Source of the DNA: Saprolegnia diclina VS20
Lineage: Eukaryota
Assembly (NCBI RefSeq): GCF_000281045.1
Contig: NW_008246081.1
Coordinates: 1 to 64,000 of the forward strand
DNA length: 64,000 nt
Direction: 5' to 3'
This document shows, in pieces, positions 25,104-36,999 of this stretch. The notes under the pieces were generated by a model. The model was not told the origin of the DNA and did no database searches. It saw only the letters and a list, made by a program, of their open reading frames with translations. The translations under genes and the position numbers were made by a program. The first letter of the stretch is position 1. Every line of letters starts with the position of its first letter.

Positions 25104-27766
25104 CTACTGCGCAAAGGCGCGGAGACGCTCGTCGATCCATTGCACGGGCGCGTACTCGAGCTTCTTTCCGCGGGCTTCGCGAACGTAAAACACTAGGATC
25201 GCCGCCGCGCTACATCACACAGTCTAATCCAGTCGCCACTAAGAAGTGAGATTCTCACCGGCCGAGAAAGATGGTGGCGAGGATGACGCCAAACATCGCG
25301 TCGAGGGACATTTGGAGCATGCCGCTCTGCACGACCATTTGCAGCTGCATCGGCGACGACGTGCTTGCAATGATGAGCGACCGGGACATGAGGGCGGGGG
25401 CGCTGCCATAGTAGCACCAGTGCCAGAAGCTCCACATGTCGCCGTACGAGACACAGATACCGCTGAAGAGCAACCCGGACCCGAGGAGGAGGAAGACGAC
25501 GCCGTACACGGGCGGCATACTGTTGGACAGTGCGCAGGCAAAGCAGATGAGCGACTGCCACGCCGACGTGCCGAGGATGAAGATGAGGTAGAGCGTCAAG
25601 ATGGAGCGGACCGAGAGGTCGTCCCACGAGTGCCCAATGAGCGCGACGCTGAGGAGCAAGACCGAGTTCATGACGGCTTTCGGGGTCTCGATCAGGAAGA
25701 GCGCGTAGACATACGAGTAGAAGCTGATCGCATTCGACTTGCGCTCCATCTAGGACGCAAAATGACCAACAGAATCGTCGACTAGGATAACCTCGAGGAG
25801 CGGCCGCTCGATAAAGTACTCTGGGATGATCTCGAGGTACTCGAGCACCATGCCGTACGCTCCTAGTGCCACGTCATGTCCATGATACCTCGCTCATTTG
25901 ATGCAATACCGATCGTGAACATGAGCATCACGTTCTGATACAAGACGCCGTAGTCGCGCAGCACAAGCTTGTCGGTCGCCGAAATCGTCGGGTTCTGCAT
26001 CAGCTGCGTCATGGGCGACTGCACACGGTGAATGAGCCATTTCGGTCCTCAGGCGAGACATCGTACATAGGAAAAGGCCGTCGTGATGATGATCGCGACC
26101 AAGAGCGTCTACCGCCAGCATGTCGACCAGTGTCCGAGGAGGAAGGAATGTACTTGGAGGTTGCGGAGGAGGACGTCGAGGCGCTTGGTGTACACGCGGC
26201 TGTACCGGCGCTCAAAGCACGTCCACGTCTGAACGTGGAGCCACGATTGCTTGGGCGTCTTGTAGCTCGTGTGGTCGTCGTCGTGGCCGTACCGAGCAAG
26301 AGACCGCATCATCTGCTGGTACAAGTCGGAGGCCTGCCATTGCGACAGAAACGGCGACGCTACACCCGCGATAACTTCTGTGGGTGGAGAGGGGAAGCGT
26401 ACCAGCGTTGGCCACAAGGGCCACCTGCGTCGACTCTCGCTCCGGGTCGAGCCCCAGCGCGTCAATGATAAAGTCAGCGGGGTTATCGTACGACTCGGGG
26501 CGACGGGGCAGCGTCGGAATGCCGCTCAAATGGCCGACGACCTCGGTCTGCGGCCCGCAGTAGATGGCGAACCCGCCCTTTTCCATGAGCAGCACCTACG
26601 ACTCGATGGTTTCGCACTGCCACACTCGTAGAGCTCGTACGTCGTCAAAGAGCTGGAAGATCTCGGCCCGTGGCTGGTGGATCGTCGAGATGACCGTGAG
26701 TCCCTGCGTCGACGCGAGCTGCGCGAGCATTTGGACGAGGAGGAGCGACGACGTGGCATCAAGACCGCTTGTGGGCTCGTCCAGCAGCAGCACCGACGGC
26801 AGCCGCAGAAGCTCTGTTGCGATCGAGAGCCGGCGCTTTTGGCCGCCCGAGAGACCTTTGATGCCGCTGACGAGGCCACCGATGGGCGTGTTGGCGGCGT
26901 CATAGAGCTGGACGATCTTGAGCACCGTGTGGACGCGGCCGATCTTTTCGCGCAGGCTGAGCGTGTCGGGAAGGCGCAAATAGGCCGAGAAGAGGAGGCT
27001 CTCGCGCACCGTCAGCGTCTACGAACGTTTGCGCCGAGCTTTCCAGGCTCTGTAGCGTACCTCAATGAACGTGTCGGTCTGCTCGACGTAGCCTTGCGAC
27101 GACATGAAGGTCGCAAAGTCCTTTGGCGCGACGCGGGCGTTGTTGAGGAGGCGATGGCCGTAGTACCGCCCCGAGTAGACGCGGCCGCTCAAGAGGTTGA
27201 GGAGCGTCGTCTTGCCCGAGCCCGACGCGCCCTACTCGCATCCTACGAGACGCAGGCGCGAAGAGGCGCATACCATGATGGCCGTGAGCCGCTGCGGCCG
27301 GAACGTGCCCGAGACGTCGTGCAAGATCTGCTTCTCCGCCCTACGCCTAGTCAATACCTTGGCTGTTGGTGTCGACGAGATGTACCCGGCGCCGTCGGCG
27401 GCAAAGTACGAAAGGTACGCGAACGAGAGCGTGTACGAGGGCAGCGGCCCCATCGCATCCAAAGCCAGCGCCTTCTGCTGCGTCTCGTGCTCTGGGCACA
27501 CAACACAGTGGGTTACGGACGAGTTACGGGATCGTACCGAGAAGTGCAATCTCGGCGCGGACGCGGACGTGGAAGCGGTGGCTGCGGAAGAAAGCGTAGA
27601 CCGAGAAGAGGCAGATGACGAGCACGACAATGAACGAGACCGCGAGAAGCCCGTTGCTGTACTGCGTCTCGACGCCCGAGAGCGACGACGTGGCGTTGGC
27701 AAACACGAGGCGCGCCTCGTCCACGTGGCAGTTGGCGAGCGCCAGCGCGTTCGCGAGCTGGTCCAT
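25104..27766 (-). CDS. ABCG (White-type) half ABC transporter with an N-terminal TM helix (multi-exon)
   Basis: Walker A GASGSGKTT, signature LSGGQKRRLSIA, Walker B LLLDEPTSGLD, TIHQP, NPADFIID and a C-terminal TM domain. The last predicted exon ends ERLRAFAQ* at 25104. Confidence 0.9.
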
Positions 27767-28026
27767 CGCGTCTCTTGGTGGTGGATCTTCTTGTCAACTG
27801 ACGCCTGTCTGGAGCGAGCGAAACGACTCGGATACGATCTGAGGTCAGTGATCCGCTCCGCAGCGTGTCGACGGTGCATCTCGTGAAACAGCTAATGCGG
27901 TGCTTGGTGCGATGAAGAGACTGAGGTTTCGCGATGCAAGGGAGTAAATATGAGGAAATAAAAGTAATCTAATAGGGTTTTAGTATGGGCAAGCCCAGCA
28001 CTAGAGCAACACTACGCAGATTGCAT

Positions 28027-29355
28027 TTACTTCTTCTTGCCGCCCTTGCCGGCAGCCTCCTTCTTGACAACGCCGTGGATGACACCGACGGCGACCGTCT
28101 GGCGCATATCACGGACGGCGAAACGACCGAGGGGCGGGTACTCCTGGAACGACTCGACCGTCATGGGCTTCGTCGGCTCGAGGATGACCAAGCAGGCATC
28201 ACCCGACTTGACGAACTTGGGGTTCTCTTCGAGGACCTTACCCGAACGGCGATCCATCTTCTGCGTGATCTCCTTGAACTTGCAGGCGACGTGGGCCGTG
28301 TGGCAATCAAGCACCGGCGAGTAGCCGTTGCCGATCTGGCCGGGGTGGTTGAGGACAATCACCTGGGCGGTGAAGTTCTCCGTGCCCTTGGCGGGGTCGT
28401 TCTTCGAGTCCGAAGCGACGTAACCACGGCGGAGTTCCTTGACCGACACGTTCTTGACGTTGAAGCCGACGTTGTCACCCGGGACAGCCTCGGGGAGCGA
28501 CTCGTGGTGCATCTCGACCGACTTGACTTCCGTCTGGAGGCCGACGGGGCCGAACTGGACGACCATGCCGGGCTTGAGGACACCCGTCTCGACACGGCCG
28601 ACCGGGACCGTGCCAATACCGCCAATCTTGTAAACATCCTGGAGCGGGAGGCGGAGGGCCTTGTCGGTGGGGCGCTTGGGCGGGTTGAGGTTGTCAAGCG
28701 CTTCGAGGAGGCACGGGCCCTTGTACCAGGGCATGTTGCCGGACTTCTCGATCATGTTGTCGCCCTCCCAGCCCGAGATCGGGACGAACGGGACCTTGGC
28801 GGGCTTGTAGCCGACCTTCTTGAGGTAGTTCGAGACTTCCTCCTTGATTTCCTCGTAACGGGCCTGGCCGTACATGACCGACGAGTCGTCCATCTTGTTG
28901 ATGGCGACGATCATCTGGCGCACACCAAGCGTGAAGGCGAGGAGCGCGTGCTCGCGCGTCTGGCCCTCCTTGGAGATACCGGCCTCGAACTCACCGACAC
29001 CCGAGGCGACGACGAGGATGGCGCAATCGGCCTGCGAGGTACCCGTGATCATGTTCTTGATGAAATCGCGGTGACCCGGGGCGTCAATGACCGTGAAGAA
29101 GTACTTGGGCGACTCGAACTTCCAGAGAGCAATGTCGATCGTGATACCACGTTCGCGCTCGGCCTTGAGGTTGTCAAGGACCCAGGCGTACTTGAACGAC
29201 GACTTGCCGAGCTCGAGGGCCTCCTTCTCGAACTTCTCGATCGTACGCTTGTCGATACCGCCGCACTTGTAGATCAAGTGGCCGGTCGTCGTCGACTTGC
29301 CGGCATCGACGTGACCGATGACGACGAGCGAGATATGGATCTTTTCCTTGGGCAT
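28027..29355 (-). CDS. TEF1: Translation elongation factor 1-alpha
   Basis: Intronless 442-aa ORF with [41 protein letters not shown] and [18 protein letters not shown]. Confidence 0.99.
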   Translation of the reverse strand: MPKEKIHISLVVIGHVDAGKSTTTGHLIYKCGGIDKRTIEKFEKEALELGKSSFKYAWVLDNLKAERERGITIDIALWKFESPKYFFTVIDAPGHRDFIKNMITGTSQADCAILVVASGVGEFEAGISKEGQTREHALLAFTLGVRQMIVAINKMDDSSVMYGQARYEEIKEEVSNYLKKVGYKPAKVPFVPISGWEGDNMIEKSGNMPWYKGPCLLEALDNLNPPKRPTDKALRLPLQDVYKIGGIGTVPVGRVETGVLKPGMVVQFGPVGLQTEVKSVEMHHESLPEAVPGDNVGFNVKNVSVKELRRGYVASDSKNDPAKGTENFTAQVIVLNHPGQIGNGYSPVLDCHTAHVACKFKEITQKMDRRSGKVLEENPKFVKSGDACLVILEPTKPMTVESFQEYPPLGRFAVRDMRQTVAVGVIHGVVKKEAAGKGGKKK

Positions 29356-30273
29356 CTTGTGGCTTCTGCAAAGGGAAATGGAGAATGACTCGAGGGGCGA
29401 ACGCGCCGGCGCCGGAACCGCAGAACCAGTAGTTTGAGGCGCGACAGGTGATTGGCTGCGATCCTACGGATACGCGACAGCAGAGCTGCAGTTCGTATGC
29501 CCACCTCCGGATACGCCCGCCCCACACACCAAATGACTGGTGAAAATGCGCGCGCGCTAATTGGCCAACGACCCAAACCAGGGGTCGGGATGCGCGCCGA
29601 TTGGCCCGAATGTGTGGCCGCCATCGGCGCCGCCCTGTCGCTTGCGCCGCGTGGGTGGCCCCGATGCGCCCGCCAATGGGATCCCGTCATCGGCGGCGTC
29701 GGATTACGAGCGACACGCTCGCCGCGACCTCGCTCGACCTGCATGCGATGGCTTCCGCAAGTACGTAGTGGCTGCCTCGTGGTCATGGCACCTGCACTCA
29801 GTGCTGGCAAGAAAGAGCCCGCGCCTGCGTGGTCATGCACCTGCTGCGACCAAGATCTTGTAGCCGAGAAATCGGGCGGGTCTGATGTCATCAAGCGGGC
29901 ACGCCAAGCGTTGTCATCGGGACGTGACGGGCGGGGCTGGTGCGCTTGCGTTGGCAAAAGCATGCACAGGCTACGAAAGCGCAAGCTACATTGCAGAGCG
30001 AGGTGCGGATCCTACGGCTGTTGCATCCATCGTCATCGAGTACCACCGGTCACGATGGTTGAGATCTTGGACAGCTTCTTGGACTCTTCCGTGTGGCCGT
30101 TGGTGCATTGAGCTGCAACGACTACACTGCATGCACTCACGTTACAAGCTGCTGCACGCTTGCGACGGTAGCTCCCGACACAGCGAGGTGGCATGCTGCC
30201 ACTGGATTTTGACTTCATCAACCTTCATGCTCGTGTATCCGGATCCGCAAGCGTGGCCGCACAAACCAACACG

Positions 30274-31655
30274 ATGGCGAAGCCCAAGGTGCGTACGGCG
30301 ATCGCGATGCTCAACATGGGCGGGCCTGCGACCCTTCCGGAGGTCCCATCCTTCCTCAAGAACCTCTTTTCGGACCCGGAGATCATTCCGCTCGGGCCCT
30401 TCCAGAGCATCCTCTCGGACGTCATCTCCAAGCGCCGGTCGCCCAAGATCGCCGACCAGTACGCTGCGATCGGCGGCGGGTCGCCCATTGGCCGCTGGAC
30501 CAACCACCAAGGCGACGCGATGTGCAAGATTCTCGACGAGATCCGCCCCGAGAGCGCGCCGCACAAGCACTACGCCATGTTTCGCTATGCCAACCCGCTC
30601 ACGGAAGCGGCGCTCAAGCAAATGAAGGACGATGGCGCGGAGCGTGCGATCGCCTTCTCCCAGGTACAACCGACTTGCATTGCGACGTGGTGCAGAAACG
30701 AGAGATGTGTAGTATCCGCAATGGTCTTGCACGACGACGGGCTCGAGCATGAACCACCTCTGGCGTGAGCTCAAGCGCTTGGACATGGGCGAGACGTTCG
30801 AGTGGTCGCTCATTGACCGGTACGTCGCCATCCGTAGCCCTTCGGTGCAGTGTTGATCCGCCTCATGTAGCTGGAACACGCACCCTGGGTACATTGCGGC
30901 CTTGTCGCAGCGCGTGAAGCTCGGTTTGGAGCAGTTTGCGCCCGAAGACCGCGAGAAGGTCCGGTCTCTTCTCGCAGCGCACCTCGTCATGTCGTGTGTG
31001 TAGGTCGTGATCATGTTCTCGGCGCACTCGGTGCCGATGAAGGTCGTGTACAAGGGCGACTCGTACACGAAGGAGATCGCGTCGACGAGCGAGCACGTCA
31101 TGAAGCACCTCAACCTCCCCAACGCCCACATCCTGAGCTGGCAGTCCAAGGGTACGCCCTCGACGTTGTGGGATAGCTGATAGACGCCTTTCCTAGTCGG
31201 GTATCTTCCGTGGATGGGCCCGAGCACGAGCGACGTGATCAAGGGCCTCGCCCGCCAGGGCCACAAGTGCGTATCTGCAGTCTCGCGAGAGCAGGAGGAC
31301 TCACCCTCAACGTAGGCACGTGATGGCCGTCCCCGTCGCGTTCACGTCGGACCATATTGAGACCCTCTTTGAGATTGACGTTGAGTACGCCGAAGAAGCC
31401 CACGAGGCTGGCATCGAGCACTTCAAGCGCAGCCCGTCCCTGAACGACGAACCGCTGTTGGCCAAGGCGATGGCGGACCTTGTCAAGGACCACTTGGACT
31501 CGGAGACGCTGCACTCGCCGGCCTACCCGCTCAACTGCCCGCAGTGCGAGAACCCGACGTGCCGAAGCATCATGAACCCGATCAAGCCGTACGCGCGTCT
31601 GCGCGACGTGGCCTCGGGCGTTGCGACGCCGCAGCAGGTGGCCGACTTGCAGTAG
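30274..31655 (+). CDS. HEM15: Ferrochelatase (multi-exon)
   Basis: MLNMGGP, IGGGSPI, FRYANPL, YPQWSCTTTGSS, FSAHSVP, WQSK/VGYLPWMGP, AFTSDHIETLFEID and a C-terminal CPQCENPTC. Confidence 0.95.
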
Positions 31656-31754
31656 AGAGCGACAGACAATAGAAGCACATATGCACGACACACACTAATA
31701 CGTGTCTTATTCCTGGTGTATTCGTGGTTGGCCGAGAGTAAGGAGGCCGCTGAT

Positions 31755-32398
31755 CTAAAGGCGCGTGAGCTCGACGTCGCTGACGGTGCGCTCCAAGACA
31801 TCTTCGGGCGCCGTGTCCAAGGGGCCGGTCTCTGTTCTTCTGGGGGTGTGGCGCTCCTTGAGCACCTCGGGCTTGGGGATGATCGTGCCCGTCTTCTTCG
31901 ACACGCGAAGACGCTCGCCTTCCTCCGAAAAACGGATGGCAATGCGCGTGGGCTTGCTACAGAGGACGCCATTGAGCAAGCACGCGAGCCATCTATTTCG
32001 TACCCAATGGTCTCGTCGACCAGGTTGACGTTGCTGTAGTGGATCGGGCCAGGGGCCAAGTAGATGCGACCGGGGGCGACGCCGGGCTTGGCCTTGACGT
32101 AGCGGTGGCGCTAGCATTGCACGGTCACCATAAGTATCCTGTCATGGCTTGAGGCCGCAGCGTACCATGTTGATGTCCTCGAGGATCAGGCTGTTCTTGG
32201 CGCGGACAACCTCCTTGACGACGCCCTGCTTGCCCTTGTGGGGGCCGGCCACGACTTCAACCTACGGCGAGTGAGCATTCGCAGGCGCAGGGCGGCGCGG
32301 ACCTTGTCGCCGCGGAAGATGTTCCACTTGGGGATCTCGGCGATGAGCTTCTCGCGCTTGGGCATCTTGCGCATCGCGGCAGGCATACGGAAGGCCAT
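31755..32398 (-). CDS. MRPL24: Mitochondrial ribosomal protein uL24m (multi-exon)
   Basis: KWNIFRGDKV, AGPHKGKQGVV, PIHYSNVNLVD, GERLRVSKKTGTIIPKP, GPLDT. Confidence 0.9.
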
Positions 32399-32590
32399 CG
32401 TTGACGTCTTGGGTTTTTGCCGATTGCTTTTGCCAACCAACGATGCCCAGCTCGGTAAAGTCCGGTTCGGATCCTCGCTCTCGGTCTTCGAACCGGTTAG
32501 CTGGTCTTATTTGAAATAGTGTGACTTGTTTGGGTTCAAATACACAGTATTTAAGGGAGAGGGAAAACACTATTTGTTGGCGATCCTGCC

Positions 32591-33187
32591 ATGCAAGCAG
32601 CGACGGCGCGGGCCGCGGTCGACGAGTGCTATCGCCATTGCGACAAGCTTCGGAAGGGTCATCATGCTGGTAGAGCCGAAGCCATAGGCTCATGAGGTGC
32701 GTAGGCTACCTGGACAAGGACGAGCTCAAGTGGGCCGTCACAGCCTTGCTCGGCAGCACGCCCACCAAGGTGCGCTTGAATCGACGATCTTGCAGGCTGA
32801 CGTATGGCATGTAGCTCGTGCTTTGCCAGATGTTCGAGGAGCTCCGAGCTACGTACCCGGACGTCAAGGTGCCACGCGACCGGTTCATTTCAGTCATCTC
32901 GAGCCGCGTCCTGAACATCGACATCACCGAGACGCTGCGCCGCTGGTTCATGGCCTTTGACTCCGCGTCGCAGGGCTACATAAACTTCGAGAGCTTCTCG
33001 AACGCTTGCGCCCAGGTCGTGCCGCACATGCGCCCCAGCGTCGTGCACGAGCTCTTCCGGGAGGCCGACACGAATAGCGACGGCAAGGTACGCCGACTCG
33101 AGTATACCCTGGCTACCATCCCTGGCACAGGTGACGTTCACTGACTTTGAGCGCGTCATGCTCATCTCGATGACGCTGCCGCCTTGA
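32591..33187 (+). CDS. EF-hand protein, EFCAB11-like (multi-exon)
   Basis: DKLRKGYLDKDELKWAVTALLG, FMAFDSASQGYINFESF, LFREADTNSDGKVTFTDFERVM. Confidence 0.8.
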
Positions 33188-33222
33188 TGTGCATCAACAA
33201 AAGAGTGTATATCGATGATACG

Positions 33223-36200
33223 CTAAGTGGGAATGTCGGGCGGTGGTCGCGTCGGGTACGTTCGCATGACGGTGGCAAAGTCGCCCTAGTACAAGGCATG
33301 AGCTCTGGGGCGTGCCGAGTGTATCGTACGGGCTTGATCTCGTGCTCGCCCTGGTCGTTCTCTTCGCCGCACATGTTGAAGATGCGCATGATGGTGCGGT
33401 CGTCGCAGGTCGGATCGAACTTTTTGATCATCGCGCCAAACTCTACAGAGCAACCCGGTCGCTTTTTGCTCGGCTGAACCAACAGACCTTGGTACGCGAG
33501 CACGCCGTTGCCGTCTTCGTCGGCTTGCGCAAACAATAGCGTGAGACTCTCGTCGACGCTAAGTTCCAGATCGAATTGCACCACAGTGTCGTCGATTGTG
33601 GCGTGCGTACTGGGCTTGGTAGTCGTACCAGACCGTCATGACGCAGTCCAGAACGTCGTCGAAACTGAGAAAGACGTGGTGCGGGTCCAGCACAAGCGCC
33701 TTGGAGGTGCGCTTCTTGGCTGGTCGCTCGCAGATGGACGGCAGCGCCACGATACGCGCCTCGAGGTCGGCGAGAAATACGACAGGTGTGTACGGAGGAA
33801 AGATCGCGTGCGCGAGGTCCTTGGCGATGTACAGTGGCACCTGCCCCACACAATAAGTACACAGATTTGTCCATAATGTTAGTTCGCACGTAAGTGGGTT
33901 TCGAACCGTCGCCCAAACGTGTTTCGATCTCGGGCGTTGGCATGAGCAGCGTGAGCGCTTGCAGATACACGTCGATGGCCTGCGCGTTGTAGAGCTCGGG
34001 CGTCGCGCCGAGGAGGATCCCAAACCACTTGGCGCGCGAGCTATCCTTCTCAATCTACCTCTACCTGAGATATACTGATACCTTGATACAAAACGACCTT
34101 TTTGACGCCAGCGACGAGACTGCCAATGCGCTTTTGGCTCGCCGACTTGAGCCCGAGCTCCTGAATATAAAAGTCCTGGACGAGCTCCGCGAGCGAGACA
34201 CGGTCGAGGCCCGAGTTGTCGTCGATCTGGTCACATAGAATTTTGCGCACGTAGAGCTTGGCGATCTCGCGTAGGACGTCCGGCCGCTCCATCGCCGCGC
34301 CGAGCCGTCGGCGCTTGACGATATTGCTCAAAATGTTGTGCCGCTTCTTGAGTTTGGCGGTCGCGACCGTCGCTGCCGGTACAGCCATGTCTGTCCCAAG
34401 ATGTGGGACGTCGCGCAGAAATCGCCGGTGTACCTGTCTGCGCCGCGCTCGAGGCCATTTTCCGGAACGCAACGGGCGCCGAGTCGAGGTCTTCGAACCG
34501 GATGGCTTGCATGAGCTGTCGGTTCGTCGTGAGGAGCGACGAGATGAGCGTCGGGTTCGCCTCCAACGGCTCCACGAGCAGGTCGGGAAAAGCCGCAAAG
34601 AGCGTCGAGAGCAGCCTCGGCTGCCGATGCGCAATGTCCACCAGCGTCTCGGGGCTCTTCTCCAAATACTCGCTCAGCGCCTAAACCGTCGAAGGATCAA
34701 CATCGATCCGCAACGTGCTCTACCTGGGGGCAGTGGGCTAAGATCGCACTGAGACAGTCGTTCGTGCTTAGCACCGCAGCCACGGCGGGCGCGTGCGCCG
34801 TGCACACGTGCGTCAAGTGCACGGGCGACTCGGTCACCACCTTGCCAAAGGTCACTTTGGCATTCACGAGGACGTCCGAGAGGATCGCTGGCGTTGCCTT
34901 GACGACGCCCGGCAGCAGCGTCGGTCGGTTTAGCAGCACGTCGCGTAGAGCTTTGGGTGACTTGACGAAAAACTCCTCGAGAGCGAGCTACGATCGCATC
35001 CTTCGCGCCTCATTCTTGCAACGGAGACATACGTACCACGTTGTCTTTGAGAGCCAGCATCAAGACGGACGCGAGCGCTTCCTGCTTGCGACCGAGGTAC
35101 ATGGCGATCGCCGTGCGGTGCTGGTCCACGACCTGCTCGAGCACTTGGTGTTGCGGCGACGCCTACACCCGGTCATCAGAATCGAAAGTCGACCGCGCAA
35201 AGAACCCGAAGAATGCTGCTCAAGAGCGACGGAGCCCGTGCAAAGAGGTCGGCAAAGGCAGTGCTATGGCGCTCGAGAAGTCGCTGGACGCAGTCGCTGC
35301 CGTTGAGCGCGTCGTCGAGCGTCGCGTCGTGCTCGTCGAGGAAGGTCACGAACGCCCGCGGCTGGGCAGCAAACAACACGCGCAGAAAGCCCTGCACCTC
35401 AAAGCTCGAGCGCGACGCGGCCATCGCACGCAGGAGCTCGACTTGGTCGAAGCCGTCGCAGCTGCGGACGACGTCGCGCAGGTAGGCCAAGCCGAGCTTC
35501 GACTGCGGCAAATGGTTGCTCACGACGTGCAGCATGAGTCGGTGCTTCTCGTCGTCGTCCTAATCATCTGCATCAGAGGCAGTAGACGCTACGACAAGCG
35601 CCTACGCGGACATCGGCGATGATGCGCGAGATTTTGTGTCCTGGCGGCGCGGCTTGGTAGACTTCGTGCGCCTGAAGGCTCTGCGCGTGGTGGCCAATCG
35701 TGGCTTCGTGCTCCCGCGTGCGCTCAAAGTAGAGCATCCTACGCGCGTTGTGAGCGACGCATCGACGTTCAACGGCGAACGGGTGGCGGTCGCTGGACGT
35801 GCCGGACACGAAGAGACCTCGCTCGAGCACGAGCTGGAGCACGCGAAGGAGGCGGCCGTGGGCGGGCAGCGCGTCTGCGAGCTTGCTCAAGCAGTCCAAG
35901 GCGACGAGGATCGCGATCCGGTTGGGCTCGTTCTCGTTGAGCGCCGTTGCCTTGAGCACGTCTACGCACACGGGTGATGCCGTTGCATTGAAGTTGGCGC
36001 GTACACGACTCTTCCATGTGGGCGTTGACCGCGTCCCAGAAGGATTCGATCTCGGTCGTCGACGCTTCGTGGCGCAGCGTCCACTCGTCCACGACGTCGT
36101 ACAAAACACTGTTGCTGCTGCTGGCAGTGCTACGCCCAGGCTTTAGATCGCTCCATACTACTCCATTTGGCCTACGCGGGGTCGACGCAAAAGTAGTGGT

Positions 36201-36735
36201 CCAGGAGAAACTGGGTTTTCCGCCGATACGCCTCTTGCCCGAGCGCCAACGAGGCGCGGCGTCCGTCCTGGTCGCGCCGAAGCGCCGCCATCTTGGCCTC
36301 GAGCGCGTGGATGTCGACGTGGTACATGCGCGCGAGCATGCAGGCCTTGATCTCCAAGTGCTCGCGTGACGACGTATCGAGGCGCAGTGTCGCGTGCTTG
36401 GACGAGGGAGGGTCGTCGGGCGCGACGATTTTCTTGACTCCATCCTGGCGCGGCGTCGTGCGCGGACGCGGCCGGGGGCTCGACGGACAGTGAATGCGCG
36501 GCATCTGCGCAGAGTGCAGCTGGCTCGTGTACACGTTGACCTTTGAGGCGCAGGGTAACTGGACTTTGGCGAGCTTGGCGAGCATCGACGTGTCCATGAC
36601 CGGGTGCGGCGACGGCGGCTGCTGGGGCACCATGACCTGGTAAAAGTTGGGCGACCGCGGCGCGGCGGTCGCAGCGCGCGGCGCCGACGCCTTTTGCACA
36701 AAGTCCACGACGGCCTTGGACGGCACGGGCTGCAT
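33223..36735 (-). CDS. Large hypothetical protein with C-terminal EF-hands, TSNAXIP1-like (multi-exon)
   Basis: Chain of minus-strand ORFs joined by short introns; IAKLYVRKILCDQIDD...SLAELVQDFY motif; ADEDGNGVLAYQEF EF-hand. Confidence 0.65.
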
Positions 36736-36999
36736 GTGCAAATCAGATTGCCCTATTCTTAGCGCTCATGTCGTATGCAAACGGCAGCGCACCGAAACGT
36801 CCGTTCCGTTTACTGCGCGCAGGGCCTGCCACGTCACGACGATTCCACCCCATGGAATCCTGGCACATGCGACAAAACCTCTGACAAAAGCTACTGGCAG
36901 CTACTACAGTCTCCCATCGCGAAAGACTGGCTTTGAGTAGCACAGTTAGTAGCCTGCACCGAGGTCTATAATGTAATTAGTTTATAATAGGGCGTCGAT

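Noticed and set aside
24996..25196. 66-aa plus-strand ORF
   Set aside because: Overlaps the predicted last exon and 3'-UTR of the ABCG gene on the opposite strand
27985..29388. 467-aa plus-strand ORF antisense to EF-1alpha (similar long antisense ORFs over THI5, CDK11, DUF4246 and the ankyrin genes)
   Set aside because: Shadow ORFs expected from strong GC3 codon bias; no recognisable motifs
29452..30111. 219-aa and 236-aa ORFs between EF-1alpha and ferrochelatase
   Set aside because: Divergent promoter region rich in CCAAT boxes; no coding bias or motifs
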